Shown piece by piece: positions 37,297 through 38,081 of a DNA stretch of 38,081 nucleotides. Below the pieces are notes generated by a model. That model was not told the DNA's origin and ran no database searches. It worked only from the letters and a program-made list of their open reading frames with translations. The stretch covers positions 1-38,081 of the forward strand of contig JBFMHD010000003.1 of NCBI GenBank assembly GCA_040752395.1, in the 5' to 3' direction. The translations under genes and the position numbers were made by a program. This DNA comes from Candidatus Hydrogenedentota bacterium (lineage in GTDB: Bacteria > JBFMHD01). The number at the start of each line of letters is the position of its first letter. The first letter of the stretch is position 1.

Positions 37297-37936
37297 GGTT
37301 AGCTAACCCTTCACGTAAAGCAAATAATGTAGCCTGAGTTCTATCATGCACATCTATCTTCTTGAATACACTGCTTAAATGATTTTTAACAGTCCGCTCA
37401 CTAATAAAAAGACGGTTAGCAATATCTTTATTTGAACATCCCGAAGCAACAAGTTCCAGAATTTCAACCTCTCTATCAGTTAAGCCCTTTTCATCTATAA
37501 CGTTTTTCTTTTCCTGAATAATATTCTGTAGCATTCGGCTCGCAATATTTATATTTATTAATGACTGACCGGTAGAAACCTTAATGATAGAATCTACAAG
37601 ATCTTCATATTTAATATCTTTTAACAGATAACCCATTGCTCCTGCTCGTATGGCCTCCAGAACATAATTATCATCATCATAAACAGTTAAAATTAATATA
37701 GCAAAATCAGATCGTTTCTGCATAATCTGTCTTGTAGCTTCAAGACCGCTCATCTTTGGCATATTTATGTCCATTAATATTACATCAGGGAATTCTTTAA
37801 AAGCCAGAGCAATGGCTTCCTCACCATTGGTTGCCTCACCCACAATAATTATATCTTTTCTTGCGGAAAGCATTTTTCTTAATCCCTCTCTTACCATTGT
37901 ATGGTCATCAGCAATGAGAACTTTAATGAATTGCAT
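37289..37936 (-). CDS. NarL/LuxR-family response regulator
   Basis: IADDH, DVILMDINMP, GYLLK, LTDRE.EIL..VA.G.SNK.IA..L.ISE.TVKNH. Confidence 0.95.
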   Translation of the reverse strand: MQFIKVLIADDHTMVREGLRKMLSARKDIIIVGEATNGEEAIALAFKEFPDVILMDINMPKMSGLEATRQIMQKRSDFAILILTVYDDDNYVLEAIRAGAMGYLLKDIKYEDLVDSIIKVSTGQSLININIASRMLQNIIQEKKNVIDEKGLTDREVEILELVASGCSNKDIANRLFISERTVKNHLSSVFKKIDVHDRTQATLFALREGLANLE

Positions 37937-37951
37937 TTGTAAAACCTCGGT

Positions 37952-38081
37952 TCATCCCTCTCTTTGCCAACAAGGCTTCTTTTTTTGCAAAAACACTTCA
38001 GTTTCGCAGTATAGCATAGCAGCTAGCTGATGGCAGGATGGCTTGAGGCACTGCCTCATCCGTCTCTTCGCCAAGAATTTT
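37952..38081. repeat. ~104-bp tandem unit with TGAGGCA-C-TGCCTCA palindrome, running off the window end
   Basis: ttgaggcactgcctcatccgtctctt identical to 2332-2357; flanks homologous to 2345-2454. Confidence 0.85.

Overview
AT-rich bacterial chromosomal segment from a probably anaerobic, diderm organism (LPS-type glycosyltransferases, Mla/MCE transporter, tungsten-type AOR, large Alu-containing SRP RNA); the taxon cannot be assigned from sequence alone. The + strand block (88-4571) holds glycosyltransferases, a polysaccharide deacetylase, a TPR protein and tRNA-Ser(GCT). Nearly everything else is on the - strand. In transcription order: NarL-type regulator, nlpD-like lipoprotein, sigma-70 factor; leuC-like, AOR, AAA/DUF4143 ATPase, moaD, miaA, neuB-like gene fused in frame to a HEAT lipoprotein, RsbU/RsbW/STAS partner-switch trio, mlaE-mlaF-mlaD; SRP RNA, dnaX, HEAT protein, alr, dtd, gcvH-PA-PB, lpd, TPR-peptidase, lipoate ligase; and a visibly GC-richer thiol-redox/metal-permease cluster ending near the tRNA. 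The most striking unexplained signal is a family of composite intergenic elements at about 12 sites. They are built from shuffled modules of degenerate 7/8-nt tandem repeats plus REP-like hairpins. They supply Shine-Dalgarno sequences, a stop codon, a C-terminus and possibly a lipobox to neighbouring genes, and two sit where expected partner genes (gcvT, leuD) are missing. A second ~105-bp palindrome-bearing tandem repeat occurs at two loci. The first 86 bp are an exact inverted copy of 254-339, most likely an amplification or assembly chimera.
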